Shown piece by piece: positions 41,904-50,637 of a stretch of 64,000 bases of DNA. Under the pieces are notes generated by a model, which saw only the letters and a program-made list of their open reading frames with translations, was not told where the DNA came from and did no database searches. Origin of the DNA: Spirochaetia bacterium. Its GTDB lineage: Bacteria > Spirochaetota > Spirochaetia > DSM-27196 > Salinispiraceae. The position numbers and the translations under genes are program-made. Where the stretch lies: assembly GCA_038204425.1 (NCBI GenBank), contig JBBRCZ010000001.1, positions 288,001 through 352,000 on the forward strand. Direction: 5' to 3'. The first letter of the stretch is position 1. Each line of letters begins with the position of its first letter.

Positions 41904-42770
41904 CTATTCAAAAACTATCGTCTTGTTGCCATAAGGAACTACACGGTGCTCTAGGTGCAGTTTGACCGCCCGAGACAAAACCAGCTTTTCCAAATTTCTG
42001 CCTTTGAGAATTAGATCTGGAATTGAGTCGCGATGACTAATTCTTGTGACATCTTGTTCAATAATAGGCCCCTGGTCGAGCTCACTGGTCACATAGTGGC
42101 TGGTAGCGCCAATTATTTTTACGCCTCGTTCAAAAGCTTGATGATAAGGCTTAGCGCCAATGAAGGCCGGCAAAAAACTGTGGTGAATGTTAATGATTCG
42201 ATTGGGATATTGCTCAATTAAGCCGGGAGAAATTATTTGCATATAACGAGCCAATACCAAAAGATCAATCTTATGCTCGGACAAAACAGCTATTTGTTCG
42301 GCTTCAAATTCGGATTTCTCGCGATTTTTTGTGGCTGTGTAAACAAAGGGAATTCCAAAATATTGTGCTATACTAGACAGTTCGGGATGGTTCCCAATCA
42401 CTACCCTAATATCAGCTTGTGTTTCACCTTCTCGGTTTCGCAAAATGAGATCGTAGAGACAATGATCATACTGGCTTACTAGAATGGCCATTCGTGTGGC
42501 CTTTTGTGGAAACTCAATCCTGTATTGCATTTGGAATTTGAGCGCTATCGGTTCAAATGCTTGATCTAACTTGTTTAGTGGTATGCTAAAATCGCTGGTG
42601 TCCCATTCTACACGCATAAAAAATGAATTGGTTTGAGCGTCTTTGTGCTGGTCTGAGCTTATAATGTTTCCATTGTAAGTAAAAATAAAATGGCTGACTT
42701 CTGCAACTATGCCGCGATGATCGGGGCAAGAAAAAAGTAAAATAGCTCGATTGATTTCTTTGTCTGACAT
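41904..42770 (-). CDS. purU: Formyltetrahydrofolate deformylase
   Basis: ACT domain CPDHRGIVA, LARYMQI, INIHHSFLPAF and LDQGPII motifs. Start at ATG 42770. Confidence 0.96.
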   Translation of the reverse strand: MSDKEINRAILLFSCPDHRGIVAEVSHFIFTYNGNIISSDQHKDAQTNSFFMRVEWDTSDFSIPLNKLDQAFEPIALKFQMQYRIEFPQKATRMAILVSQYDHCLYDLILRNREGETQADIRVVIGNHPELSSIAQYFGIPFVYTATKNREKSEFEAEQIAVLSEHKIDLLVLARYMQIISPGLIEQYPNRIINIHHSFLPAFIGAKPYHQAFERGVKIIGATSHYVTSELDQGPIIEQDVTRISHRDSIPDLILKGRNLEKLVLSRAVKLHLEHRVVPYGNKTIVFE

Positions 42771-42846
42771 TGTGGAGCCTATACTAACCAAATGAAGCCC
42801 CACAATGCAAGACGAAGCCCCATTTCCATGCAGCTAAGTTAATGAA

Positions 42847-43593
42847 TTACTTGGCTTTGCCTTGATTTGCTACCCCTGCAATTTTTGCAGCGATCTTTTC
42901 TTGGTCGCCAAGATAGTAATCTTTAACATACTTTAGATTTTTGTCTAACTCAATTACCAGAGGGATCGCAGTTGGCACATTTAGTTCTGCAATGTCTTTT
43001 TCTGAAATGCCTTTGAGGTACATTATTAAGGCTCTGAGGCTGTTTCCGTGAGCACCGACGATGATTTGTTTGCCACGCAGGATTTGTGGTGCAATTTCTA
43101 CTTGCCAATAAGGTAGTACACGAGCTACGCAGTCCTTCAGACACTCGGTCTTTGGTAATTCACTTGGGTCAACGTCTTGATAGCGCTTATCATTAGAAGC
43201 CTGCATAGGACTATGTTGATCAAGCGCGGGAGGTGCAATGTCATAAGATCGTCGCCATTGCATAAATTTTTCATTACCATACTTGGCCAAGGTTTCGGCC
43301 TTATCCATGCCTTGAAGGGCTCCATAGTGCTTTTCGTTAAGTCTCCAAGTCTTCTTCACAGGAATCCACAACAAATCCAGCTTATCAAGTACCATGTTGA
43401 GGGTTTTATTTGCTCTTCGTAGTAAAGAACTGTAGGCAAGGTCAAATACATAGCCTTCTTTTTTAAGAACCTCGCCTGCTTCGTCAGCTTCTTTGATTCC
43501 CGAAGGTGCCAAATCAACATCTACCCAGCCGGTAAAAAGGTTCTTAAGGTTCCAGTCGCTCTCGCCGTGGCGAATAAGCACTAATTTGTACAT
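42847..43593 (-). CDS. gpmA: 2,3-bisphosphoglycerate-dependent phosphoglycerate mutase
   Basis: RHGES, FTGWVDV, LNEKHYG, WRRSYD and AHGNSLR motifs. Confidence 0.97.
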   Translation of the reverse strand: MYKLVLIRHGESDWNLKNLFTGWVDVDLAPSGIKEADEAGEVLKKEGYVFDLAYSSLLRRANKTLNMVLDKLDLLWIPVKKTWRLNEKHYGALQGMDKAETLAKYGNEKFMQWRRSYDIAPPALDQHSPMQASNDKRYQDVDPSELPKTECLKDCVARVLPYWQVEIAPQILRGKQIIVGAHGNSLRALIMYLKGISEKDIAELNVPTAIPLVIELDKNLKYVKDYYLGDQEKIAAKIAGVANQGKAK

Positions 43594-43636
43594 ACTAACT
43601 CCTTAGTGTAACTAATGAATCTATACTACCCGAGCA

Positions 43637-44116
43637 CTAGGTTTTTATCCAGTCCGGTGACGTAGCAATGATGTTCCAGCTTAAGGCCACACATGGTACT
43701 CTTGTGCCTAAACTTCGGGTTTGGGCCAAAGCATCAAGCGCCTCAACTAGGCTTGGATTAAGGTATTGCAATTGTTCTTGTGGCATTTCTAGGCCACTAT
43801 TCAAATAATTTAAAAAACTAAGCGCCATCGCGCGCGCTTGGTTTCCATCCAAGCCTATCAGGCATGCGCACAAAACCGAGGCTCCTGCGATACACAAAGA
43901 GCATCCTTCTCCGCTGAAAGCCGCGTCAGTCACACTATTATGGTCAAATTTGACATACAGTTCGACTTTGTCGCCACATGAGCGATTGACTTGACCACTC
44001 ACGAAATCAGCTTCTGGCAATGCTTTGCGAAACGGACTAGCACGGTAATGTTCCATAATCACTCGTCGTGAGTGTTCGGATTGGTCAGTTTTGCCTGCTT
44101 GCGGCTGTTGATCCAT
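43637..44116 (-). CDS. sufU: SufU-type Fe-S assembly sulfur-transfer protein
   Basis: IMEHY, NRSCGD, GCSLC and RVPC motifs. ATG 44116 follows SD AGGAG; the ORF track starts at 44185. Confidence 0.87.
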   Translation of the reverse strand: MDQQPQAGKTDQSEHSRRVIMEHYRASPFRKALPEADFVSGQVNRSCGDKVELYVKFDHNSVTDAAFSGEGCSLCIAGASVLCACLIGLDGNQARAMALSFLNYLNSGLEMPQEQLQYLNPSLVEALDALAQTRSLGTRVPCVALSWNIIATSPDWIKT

Positions 44117-44191
44117 ATGCTTTCTCCTGCGGCTACTGTCCTTGCAACCACAATCGGTTTCTTTATGCTGGTACTTGGAACTCACTTTGGA

Positions 44192-45415
44192 TTAACCAAA
44201 CAACTTCCAAGCTTGATCAATACCCTCAAATAGCATGTCTATATCGTGCTTGGAAGTATAGAGATAAGAACTAGCTCGGACGGTTCCACTTTGACCAAGT
44301 CTCTGCATCAAGGGCATTGCACAATGGAAACCTGTTCTGACTGCCACACCAAGACTATCGAGAATTGTTCCCACATCATGGCTGTGAACGCCGTTTAGAT
44401 TGAACGATAGTGTTCCACCCCAGACATCAGTGTTTGCTGGCACATAGCAGCTTAAAAAGCCACGTGTTTTTGCCTGCTCAAGTGCGTATAGTCCCAAGAG
44501 TTTGTCCCACTCAGCAATGGCATCCATGCCGATCCGTTCCAGATAGTTGAGCGCCTCTTCAAATGCTATTGCTGCAGCAATAGCAGGAGTTCCAGCCTCA
44601 AACTTCTCAGGTATACCTTGGTAACTTGAATAGTGCTTATGTACTTCTTGAATCATGTCACCGCCATACATAAATGGGTCCATTGACTCCAAGATTTTTC
44701 TCTTGCCATAGAGCACACCAAGGCCTGTTGGTCCAAGCATTTTATGGGCAGAAAAAATTAGAAAATCACAATCGAGCTTTTGCACATCGCATGGATGATG
44801 GGCCACGAATTGGGCTCCGTCCACAAAAACCAGCAGGCCGTGCTGGTGAGCCATTGCAATCAAAGTCTCCAAAGGAGGCAAATAGGAACTTACGTTTGAC
44901 ATTGCAGAAATAACTAACAAACGAGCGCCCTCAAAAACTCTATCAATTTCATCTAGAATGAGTTCTTGATTGACAGGATCATAAGGAATAAATTCCAAGC
45001 GTGCCCCACGACTGGCTGCGGCCGCTTGCCAAGGCACCAAGTTTGAATGGTGCTCTAACTCGGTTGCAACTATTACATCACCTGGATTGAGGAATTTCCG
45101 CGCCCATGCGTAAGCGACAAGGTTGGCGGACTCCGTGCTTCCGTGGGTAAATATTACTTCTGCAGCCTCGCCGGCGTTGATAAAACGAGCTACGTGTTCG
45201 CGACTTTGTTGAAATTTTTTGGTGGCAATGTCAGAAAATTCATAGACGCCGCGGTGAATGTTAACTCCATACTCAAAATAATAGTCTCGCTCAGCGTTAA
45301 TTACAGAATTTGGTTTGAGAGAAGTAGCACCAGAGTCCAAGTAGACAAAGGGTTTCTTTCGCATTTTTTGCTTGAGAATCGGGAAATCAAGTCGATACAG
45401 ATCTGGATCTAACAT
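44192..45415 (-). CDS. sufS: Cysteine desulfurase, SufS type
   Basis: YLDSGATS, EHHSN, SAHKMLGPTG, FEAGTP and RTGFHCA motifs. Confidence 0.95.
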   Translation of the reverse strand: MLDPDLYRLDFPILKQKMRKKPFVYLDSGATSLKPNSVINAERDYYFEYGVNIHRGVYEFSDIATKKFQQSREHVARFINAGEAAEVIFTHGSTESANLVAYAWARKFLNPGDVIVATELEHHSNLVPWQAAAASRGARLEFIPYDPVNQELILDEIDRVFEGARLLVISAMSNVSSYLPPLETLIAMAHQHGLLVFVDGAQFVAHHPCDVQKLDCDFLIFSAHKMLGPTGLGVLYGKRKILESMDPFMYGGDMIQEVHKHYSSYQGIPEKFEAGTPAIAAAIAFEEALNYLERIGMDAIAEWDKLLGLYALEQAKTRGFLSCYVPANTDVWGGTLSFNLNGVHSHDVGTILDSLGVAVRTGFHCAMPLMQRLGQSGTVRASSYLYTSKHDIDMLFEGIDQAWKLFG

Positions 45416-45423
45416 GTGCTCTT

Positions 45424-45452
45424 AAGATAGCCCGCAAAAGATAGCTGGTCAA
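45424..45452 (-). promoter_or_regulatory. sigma70-like promoter TTGACC-N17-TATCTT for sufSU
   Basis: The -10 box ends 8 nt before ATG 45415. Confidence 0.55.
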
Positions 45453-45463
45453 CAGAATAGCAC

Positions 45464-45491
45464 CGTCCGCCGAATAAGAAACCAGCGGACG
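45464..45491 (-). terminator. Hairpin downstream of sod (possible terminator)
   Basis: CGTCCGCTG...CGGCGGACG stem, but no clear U-tract. Confidence 0.4.
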
Positions 45492-45505
45492 ATTGCCTAT
45501 TGTTA

Positions 45506-46117
45506 CTAGGAAAGTGCCTTGTCAAGGTTCTTGGAAACTGCCTTCCAATTGATTACCTTGAAAAAGTTTTCTACATATTCTGGGCGTTTGTTTTGATACT
45601 TCAAATAGTAGGCGTGTTCCCAAACATCAATCCCAAGGATTGGCTTTTTGCCGTCGCTTAAGGGGTTGTCTTGGTTGGCCGTTGAACTAACCTCAAGTAT
45701 TTTCTTGTCGTTGAGCACCAGCCAGGCCCATCCTGAACCAAAACGGTTGGCTGCTGATTCACTAAACAGTTTTACGAAGGCTGCAAATGAACCAAAGTCT
45801 TTTTCAATTGAGGCCATTAAGTGGCCTTCTGGTTCTCCGCCCGCCTTGGCAGCCAAAATGTTCCAGAAAAATTCATGGTTAAAGTGGCCACCACCGTGGT
45901 TTCTAACGGCTGCTTGGATGTTTTCAGGGACTTGTTTGTAGTCTGAAACAAGCTTTTCGATAGACCATGACGCTTGAGAAGTGTTTTCTATAGCAGCGTT
46001 AAGTTTGGTAGTGTAGGCAACGTGATGTTTGTCATGATGAATTTTCATCGTCGCTTCATCAATATAGGGCTCTAGGTCCCCATAGCCGTAAGGTAGATCA
46101 GACGTTACAAATGGCAT
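45506..46117 (-). CDS. sodA: Superoxide dismutase, Fe/Mn family (Mn-type signature)
   Basis: HHDKHH, NHGGGHFNH, FGSGWAWL, NQD and DVWEHAYY motifs. SD GGAGG. Confidence 0.93.
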   Translation of the reverse strand: MPFVTSDLPYGYGDLEPYIDEATMKIHHDKHHVAYTTKLNAAIENTSQASWSIEKLVSDYKQVPENIQAAVRNHGGGHFNHEFFWNILAAKAGGEPEGHLMASIEKDFGSFAAFVKLFSESAANRFGSGWAWLVLNDKKILEVSSTANQDNPLSDGKKPILGIDVWEHAYYLKYQNKRPEYVENFFKVINWKAVSKNLDKALS

Positions 46118-46314
46118 TAAAACCTCCTAGTATTTGCCTTACTAATATAGTAATAATCGATAGTCTTCGTATAGCGGATTTTCTAGATTAATCACTCTAT
46201 ATATCAACTACTCGCATCTCTAAATCTGTGGCATAATAATGTTAGAGCAATTGATTGATAGCGAAAGTTGGCTTTTGCAAGTTCTTCAAATAATTTGGTT
46301 TACAGGAAGCAAAA

Positions 46315-47298
46315 ATGAATAGTATCGAAACAAGCTACCTCGGTCTTACACTAAAGTCTCCATTGATTGTTTCAGCCTCAAGTCTTAGTTCAACATTATC
46401 TGGTATTCAGAAAGCGGCCGACAATGGGGCCGGAGCGATAGTGATCAAGTCGCTTTTTGAGGAACAAATCAATGCGGATATTGATCATCAAGCAAAAAGT
46501 CTTGACGAATATGCTCACCCAGAAGCCCAAGATTATCTTAATGGTATGGGAATGGCAATCGCTCCCAAGGATTATGCTAATTTAGTCGCCGATGCTGTTA
46601 GAACTACTGGTACTCCAATTATCGCTAGCTTCAACTGCACAAGTGCTGAACGCTGGGGCGAGTTCTCAATGCAAATCCAAGATTCTGGCGCAAGCGCTAT
46701 CGAACTCAACATTGGTAATTCGTATAGGTCCCTAAATCAAAGTTCTCATGAAATTGAATCTAGGGTTGTAAGAACGGTAGAAGCGGTTTGTAAAAAAACA
46801 ACCTTGCCAGTTTCAGTTAAGCTCGGTAACGACTATAGCAACCTTCCTTCGCTTGCCAATCAACTGGTCAATAGTGGCATTAAAGGACTTGTACTTTTTA
46901 ATCGCTACTACCAATTAGATATTAACATAGAGAAACTGTGCCTTAAGCCCGGAATAGTTTTTAGCAATCCGCAAGACTACTACCCCGCGCTTCGGTGGAT
47001 ATCGCTGCTCTTTAAGAGAAACAACGTTGATTTTGCAGCTTCAAGTGGCATACATGATTCTTCTAGTGCAATTAAATTGATTATGGCAGGCGCAAACGTT
47101 GTGCAACTCTGTTCGACGATTTACAAAAATGGCTATGGCCAGCTTAGGACAATAAACGATGAAATCAAAACTTGGCTAAGTAGCCACAACTACGCTAGTA
47201 TACGAGAAGTCATTGGTCTTATGGCTCAAAACAAAAGCCAAGAACCAGAAAAATACGAGAGAGTTCAATATATCAAAGCTTTGACAGGAATCAACTAA
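46315..47298 (+). CDS. Dihydroorotate dehydrogenase-like flavoprotein
   Basis: YLGLTLKSPLIVSAS, VIKSLFEEQI, IELN, PVSVKL, LFNRYY and SGIH motifs. Confidence 0.88.
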   Translation: MNSIETSYLGLTLKSPLIVSASSLSSTLSGIQKAADNGAGAIVIKSLFEEQINADIDHQAKSLDEYAHPEAQDYLNGMGMAIAPKDYANLVADAVRTTGTPIIASFNCTSAERWGEFSMQIQDSGASAIELNIGNSYRSLNQSSHEIESRVVRTVEAVCKKTTLPVSVKLGNDYSNLPSLANQLVNSGIKGLVLFNRYYQLDINIEKLCLKPGIVFSNPQDYYPALRWISLLFKRNNVDFAASSGIHDSSSAIKLIMAGANVVQLCSTIYKNGYGQLRTINDEIKTWLSSHNYASIREVIGLMAQNKSQEPEKYERVQYIKALTGIN

Positions 47299-48578
47299 GG
47301 GTAGCTTGGTAACGGCACGCCAATCCAAGATCGCAATGTAAGGTAGACTTCTTCTCCCAAAAGCTGAATAGGATTGGCGCGCTCAATTACCCTGCCACTG
47401 AGAATAGGTATTTTGTAACGCACGGTGGATTGATCAAGCTGGAGGCTCAACCAACCAAGTCTTGTGCTCGTAGACAGTGGCGCACGGATCTCTGCACTAA
47501 GTTCTAATGCCAAACTAATCTCTTCCCATTCGGGCTTAGGAAGGACAAGCCTGACCGGATATCTATCAAGTTCTATACTGCCAACCGTGCCATTCCAGAC
47601 TCTTATTGGACCTATTTTGGGCCTAGTAATTGTACCGAGTGAAAAATTGCTAAATCCCCAGTCCAACAATGCTCGAGCATCTGCAAATCTAATCTCTTCA
47701 CTTTGAGCACCCAAAATGAGTCCAGTTAATCTCATTCCCTCGCGATTAGCACTAAAAGCAAAGTTGTAACCTGATTCGTCAATATAGCCAGTTTTAATGC
47801 CATCTAAACCTAAGTAGCGATTCAAAAGCCGGTTACGATTGCCTTGACTTATACCACCAAGGCCGGCTTGATTTGGGTAGGTAAACTGAGGAACACTGTG
47901 CAGCAAGACCAGACTTTGCGCGTAGTTGTTGAGGTAGTAGAACAACAAATATGCAAAGTCAGCAATAGTTGTTTGATTTTTTTTGTCGTAGCCAGAGGGC
48001 TCGACAAAAATCGTTTGTTTTAGACCGAGACTCTTGGCTTTTTGGTTCATTCTGTCGACAAATTTGGACAAACTGCCAGCACAGGCTTCGGCAACCGCAA
48101 CCGATGCGTCGTTCCCCGAAGAAACAGCTAGTCCCAATAATAGATCCATCCATCTAGGCGACTGTTCTGGGCCCAAAAACATAAGACTGGAACGCGGTGG
48201 GGCGTTGACTGCAAAGGAATTTGGCGAGATATTGACCAGCTCTTGCAATGAAATCTGATGCTGAGAGAGATGGTCAAAGGCCAGCATGATGGTCATAATT
48301 TTGGTCAGCGAGGCTGGTGGTATTACTACATGAGCATTCTTTTGGTAGAGGATAGTGCCTGTTTCTTGCTCAAATAGAATTGCCGCATGTGACTGTAATG
48401 TTGATGGAAAGCTGTCTATTAAGGCCTTGTTTTGCACCCGTGGTTCAAGGAAAGAACCCTGTAACGGGTCTACAAAATTTTCTTCGTAAGCGCTTGCTAC
48501 ATTAAAGGCGGATATCTCAAGTACCAATACTAAGAAAAAGGTAATAGAAAAAAGCCGAAAAACATGGTGTCGTAGCAT
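47295..48578 (-). CDS. dacA: D-alanyl-D-alanine carboxypeptidase (peptidase S11)
   Basis: PASLTK, SGNDA and GIKTGY motifs. Start placed at ATG 48578 because ATG 48602 lies inside the predicted promoter. Confidence 0.9.
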   Translation of the reverse strand: MLRHHVFRLFSITFFLVLVLEISAFNVASAYEENFVDPLQGSFLEPRVQNKALIDSFPSTLQSHAAILFEQETGTILYQKNAHVVIPPASLTKIMTIMLAFDHLSQHQISLQELVNISPNSFAVNAPPRSSLMFLGPEQSPRWMDLLLGLAVSSGNDASVAVAEACAGSLSKFVDRMNQKAKSLGLKQTIFVEPSGYDKKNQTTIADFAYLLFYYLNNYAQSLVLLHSVPQFTYPNQAGLGGISQGNRNRLLNRYLGLDGIKTGYIDESGYNFAFSANREGMRLTGLILGAQSEEIRFADARALLDWGFSNFSLGTITRPKIGPIRVWNGTVGSIELDRYPVRLVLPKPEWEEISLALELSAEIRAPLSTSTRLGWLSLQLDQSTVRYKIPILSGRVIERANPIQLLGEEVYLTLRSWIGVPLPSYP

Positions 48579-48587
48579 AACAAAATC

Positions 48588-48616
48588 ACTATACTCTGCC
48601 ATGTAGCGTTGCTCAA
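48588..48616 (-). promoter_or_regulatory. sigma70-like promoter TTGAGC-N17-TATAGT for dacA
   Basis: The -10 box ends 9 nt before ATG 48578. Confidence 0.55.
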
Positions 48617-48643
48617 GTCTTATTGACCTACAAAGGAGTGACA

Positions 48644-49315
48644 GTGGTTAAGATTGAAGTCGAAGACGTTACGGTAAAAGGCCTTGTGGGCCAACTTTCA
48701 CTGGATCAAATTTCTGCTAAATTTAATCTGGGAGAACTGGCATTGATTACTGGTCCTGCCGCTGCTGGGAAGTCATTGTTGTTAAAAGTAATCTCTGGCC
48801 GGCAGAAAAAAGATTCGGGCAGACTGAACTGTTGGGGAGCTAAGCTATGTTATTTGCCTGAGCAGCCGCAAGCATATCTGCTCGGTGAGACAGCTCGACA
48901 ACAACTATTGCTGGCTTCTTGCAAGGACCCAGAAGCGACGTTGGATTCATTTGGTATTCTGGGTCAGATTGATTGTCCACTGAGACTTTTGTCTTCCACC
49001 AGCCTTAAACTACTCTCTTTTGCCTATCTTTCTAGTCTTGACTCTGATTTCATTCTTCTAGATGAACCATTTGCTAACCTAGACTACCATGCTACCAAGT
49101 TGATTCTTCAATGGATCAATGCCAAAAAGAAACAAAAAAAAGGTCTTATAATCGCAAGCAAAGAAGTTGAGAAAATTCTGGCTCATGTAGACCGAGTTAT
49201 CTTATTAAAGGAAGGCAGACTTATTCTAGATGCTTTACCAGAAAGGGTAATGCCATACTTTGAAACCCACGGGATAAGAACTGGCAACCTAAAGCTTAAA
49301 GAGATGACATGGTAA
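48644..49315 (+). CDS. Divergent ABC/ECF-type ATPase
   Basis: Walker A GPAAAGKS and Walker B LLDEPFANLD are present, but the signature and H-loop are degenerate. GTG follows SD AAGGAG. Confidence 0.75.
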   Translation: MVKIEVEDVTVKGLVGQLSLDQISAKFNLGELALITGPAAAGKSLLLKVISGRQKKDSGRLNCWGAKLCYLPEQPQAYLLGETARQQLLLASCKDPEATLDSFGILGQIDCPLRLLSSTSLKLLSFAYLSSLDSDFILLDEPFANLDYHATKLILQWINAKKKQKKGLIIASKEVEKILAHVDRVILLKEGRLILDALPERVMPYFETHGIRTGNLKLKEMTW

Positions 49316-49971
49316 GAAGTGCTGTCGTGCCACAAAGCGCATCAGGAGCGTGGAATGATTTCCTGGGCAGTTTTACCTTGAGCATCTGCATTTTGCTTCC
49401 TTGGCTTTTGTTTAGTATGGGATCAAAAACTCAAATGGTGATTTTTGTTGGTGCAGTTGTCGGTGCCTTCTTAAATGGCCTTGTGATTCACCAGTGGTTC
49501 TTGCAGTTACGTTATACTTGGGCTGTATGTTTCTTTGCTGCATTGACTGCCTTTGCCAACAATGCAGATGTCTTCACTATAGTCTCTTCTTTTTTGTCAG
49601 TAATTACCGCTAGAATCATAGTTGAAACTATGTTGATTCGGCTACCGGCTCAGGAAATAGCCAGTCGTTTGTCAAGCTTGGTTTCAAAACGTTGCGAACG
49701 TTTTGGCATTGCAGTTTACTTTATGTGCTTAGCAATGGTTCGCTTTCCCAAAATTTTTTCGGAACGTTGTGCACACATCAGGCAACTAGGCAAGATCAAA
49801 CTTTTAAATGTTTTTGAACAAAGTTTTGAAATCATCTACAACGGAATTTGCTATTTGCCCTTTGCCCGACCCAACAGTGGCTACAATAGATTTGCAGGGA
49901 TCATAGGTCTCTTACTAACCATTGGCCTAATAGTCGCCCTTTTTTGCCTCGATTTACTTGTATTGAGTTAA
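49309..49971 (+). CDS. Membrane protein, possibly a divergent ECF T component
   Basis: Multiple TMs, a LAMVRFP segment resembling EcfT, and an overlap with the ATPase gene. Confidence 0.5.
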   Translation: MVRSAVVPQSASGAWNDFLGSFTLSICILLPWLLFSMGSKTQMVIFVGAVVGAFLNGLVIHQWFLQLRYTWAVCFFAALTAFANNADVFTIVSSFLSVITARIIVETMLIRLPAQEIASRLSSLVSKRCERFGIAVYFMCLAMVRFPKIFSERCAHIRQLGKIKLLNVFEQSFEIIYNGICYLPFARPNSGYNRFAGIIGLLLTIGLIVALFCLDLLVLS

Positions 49972-49991
49972 GACCAACTAGCTACTATAAT
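49963..49991 (+). promoter_or_regulatory. sigma70 promoter TTGAGT-N17-TATAAT for nrdR
   Basis: Perfect -10 box ending 7 nt before ATG 49999, with no SD. Confidence 0.65.
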
Positions 49992-49998
49992 CGCTTTC

Positions 49999-50463
49999 AT
50001 GAAATGCCCACATTGTTCGAGTCCTGAAGATAAGGTAATTGAGTCACGCACGCTTGCCGAGGGCACGGCAGTAAGACGACGACGAGAATGCATAAGTTGC
50101 GGTTTCAGATTCACGTCTTATGAAAGGATCGAAGAAAAGCCTCTCTTGGTAATTAAATCCAGTGGCCGCCGTGAACCGTTTGATCGACAAAAATTGGAAC
50201 GAGGACTGTATCGAGCCCTAGAAAAACGGCCGGTTTCTCGTGATTTAGTAGATGAAATCCTAAATCAAATAGAAGACAAAGCAAGCCTCAACGGTAAGAC
50301 AACCGATGAAATCCAAAGTTCTGTTTTAGGAGAAATGATACTTGATCAATTATTTAACTTAGACAAGGTTGCTTACATTCGTTTTGCTTCGGTCTACCGT
50401 AACTTTGCTAACGTAGAAGAGTTTGTAGCCACTATCCGCTCGCTAGGAAAACAAAAGGATTAA
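49999..50463 (+). CDS. nrdR: Transcriptional repressor NrdR
   Basis: MKCPHC, RRRRECISCGFRFTSYE, ATP-cone and VAYIRFASVY motifs. Confidence 0.97.
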   Translation: MKCPHCSSPEDKVIESRTLAEGTAVRRRRECISCGFRFTSYERIEEKPLLVIKSSGRREPFDRQKLERGLYRALEKRPVSRDLVDEILNQIEDKASLNGKTTDEIQSSVLGEMILDQLFNLDKVAYIRFASVYRNFANVEEFVATIRSLGKQKD

Positions 50464-50488
50464 AAAAAACCATCCTCGCAAGGATGGT
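50462..50488 (-). terminator. Terminator after tRNA-Met (possibly bidirectional with nrdR)
   Basis: ACCATCCT-loop-AGGATGGT hairpin with a T-run on the minus strand. Confidence 0.8.
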
Positions 50489-50490
50489 AT

Positions 50491-50563
50491 TAGCGGCGAA
50501 GGGATTTGAACCCCTGACACAACGGATATGAGCCGTTTGCTCTACCTACTGAGCTACGCCGCC
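50491..50563 (-). tRNA. Elongator tRNA-Met(CAT)
   Basis: GGCGGCG/CGCCGCT acceptor stem and AACGG-CTCATAT-CCGTT anticodon arm. It lacks initiator features; an Ile2 identity cannot be fully excluded. Confidence 0.88.
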
Positions 50564-50576
50564 AGGATCGGGCTGG

Positions 50577-50605
50577 AATATATCAGCTCATTGCCGGACT
50601 GTCAA
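50577..50605 (-). promoter_or_regulatory. sigma70 promoter TTGACA-N17-TATATT (TG-extended) for tRNA-Met
   Basis: Near-consensus, ending 13 nt upstream of the tRNA. Confidence 0.75.
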
Positions 50606-50637
50606 TCGAGAACGTATACGGCACTTAAAGCAAAGAT

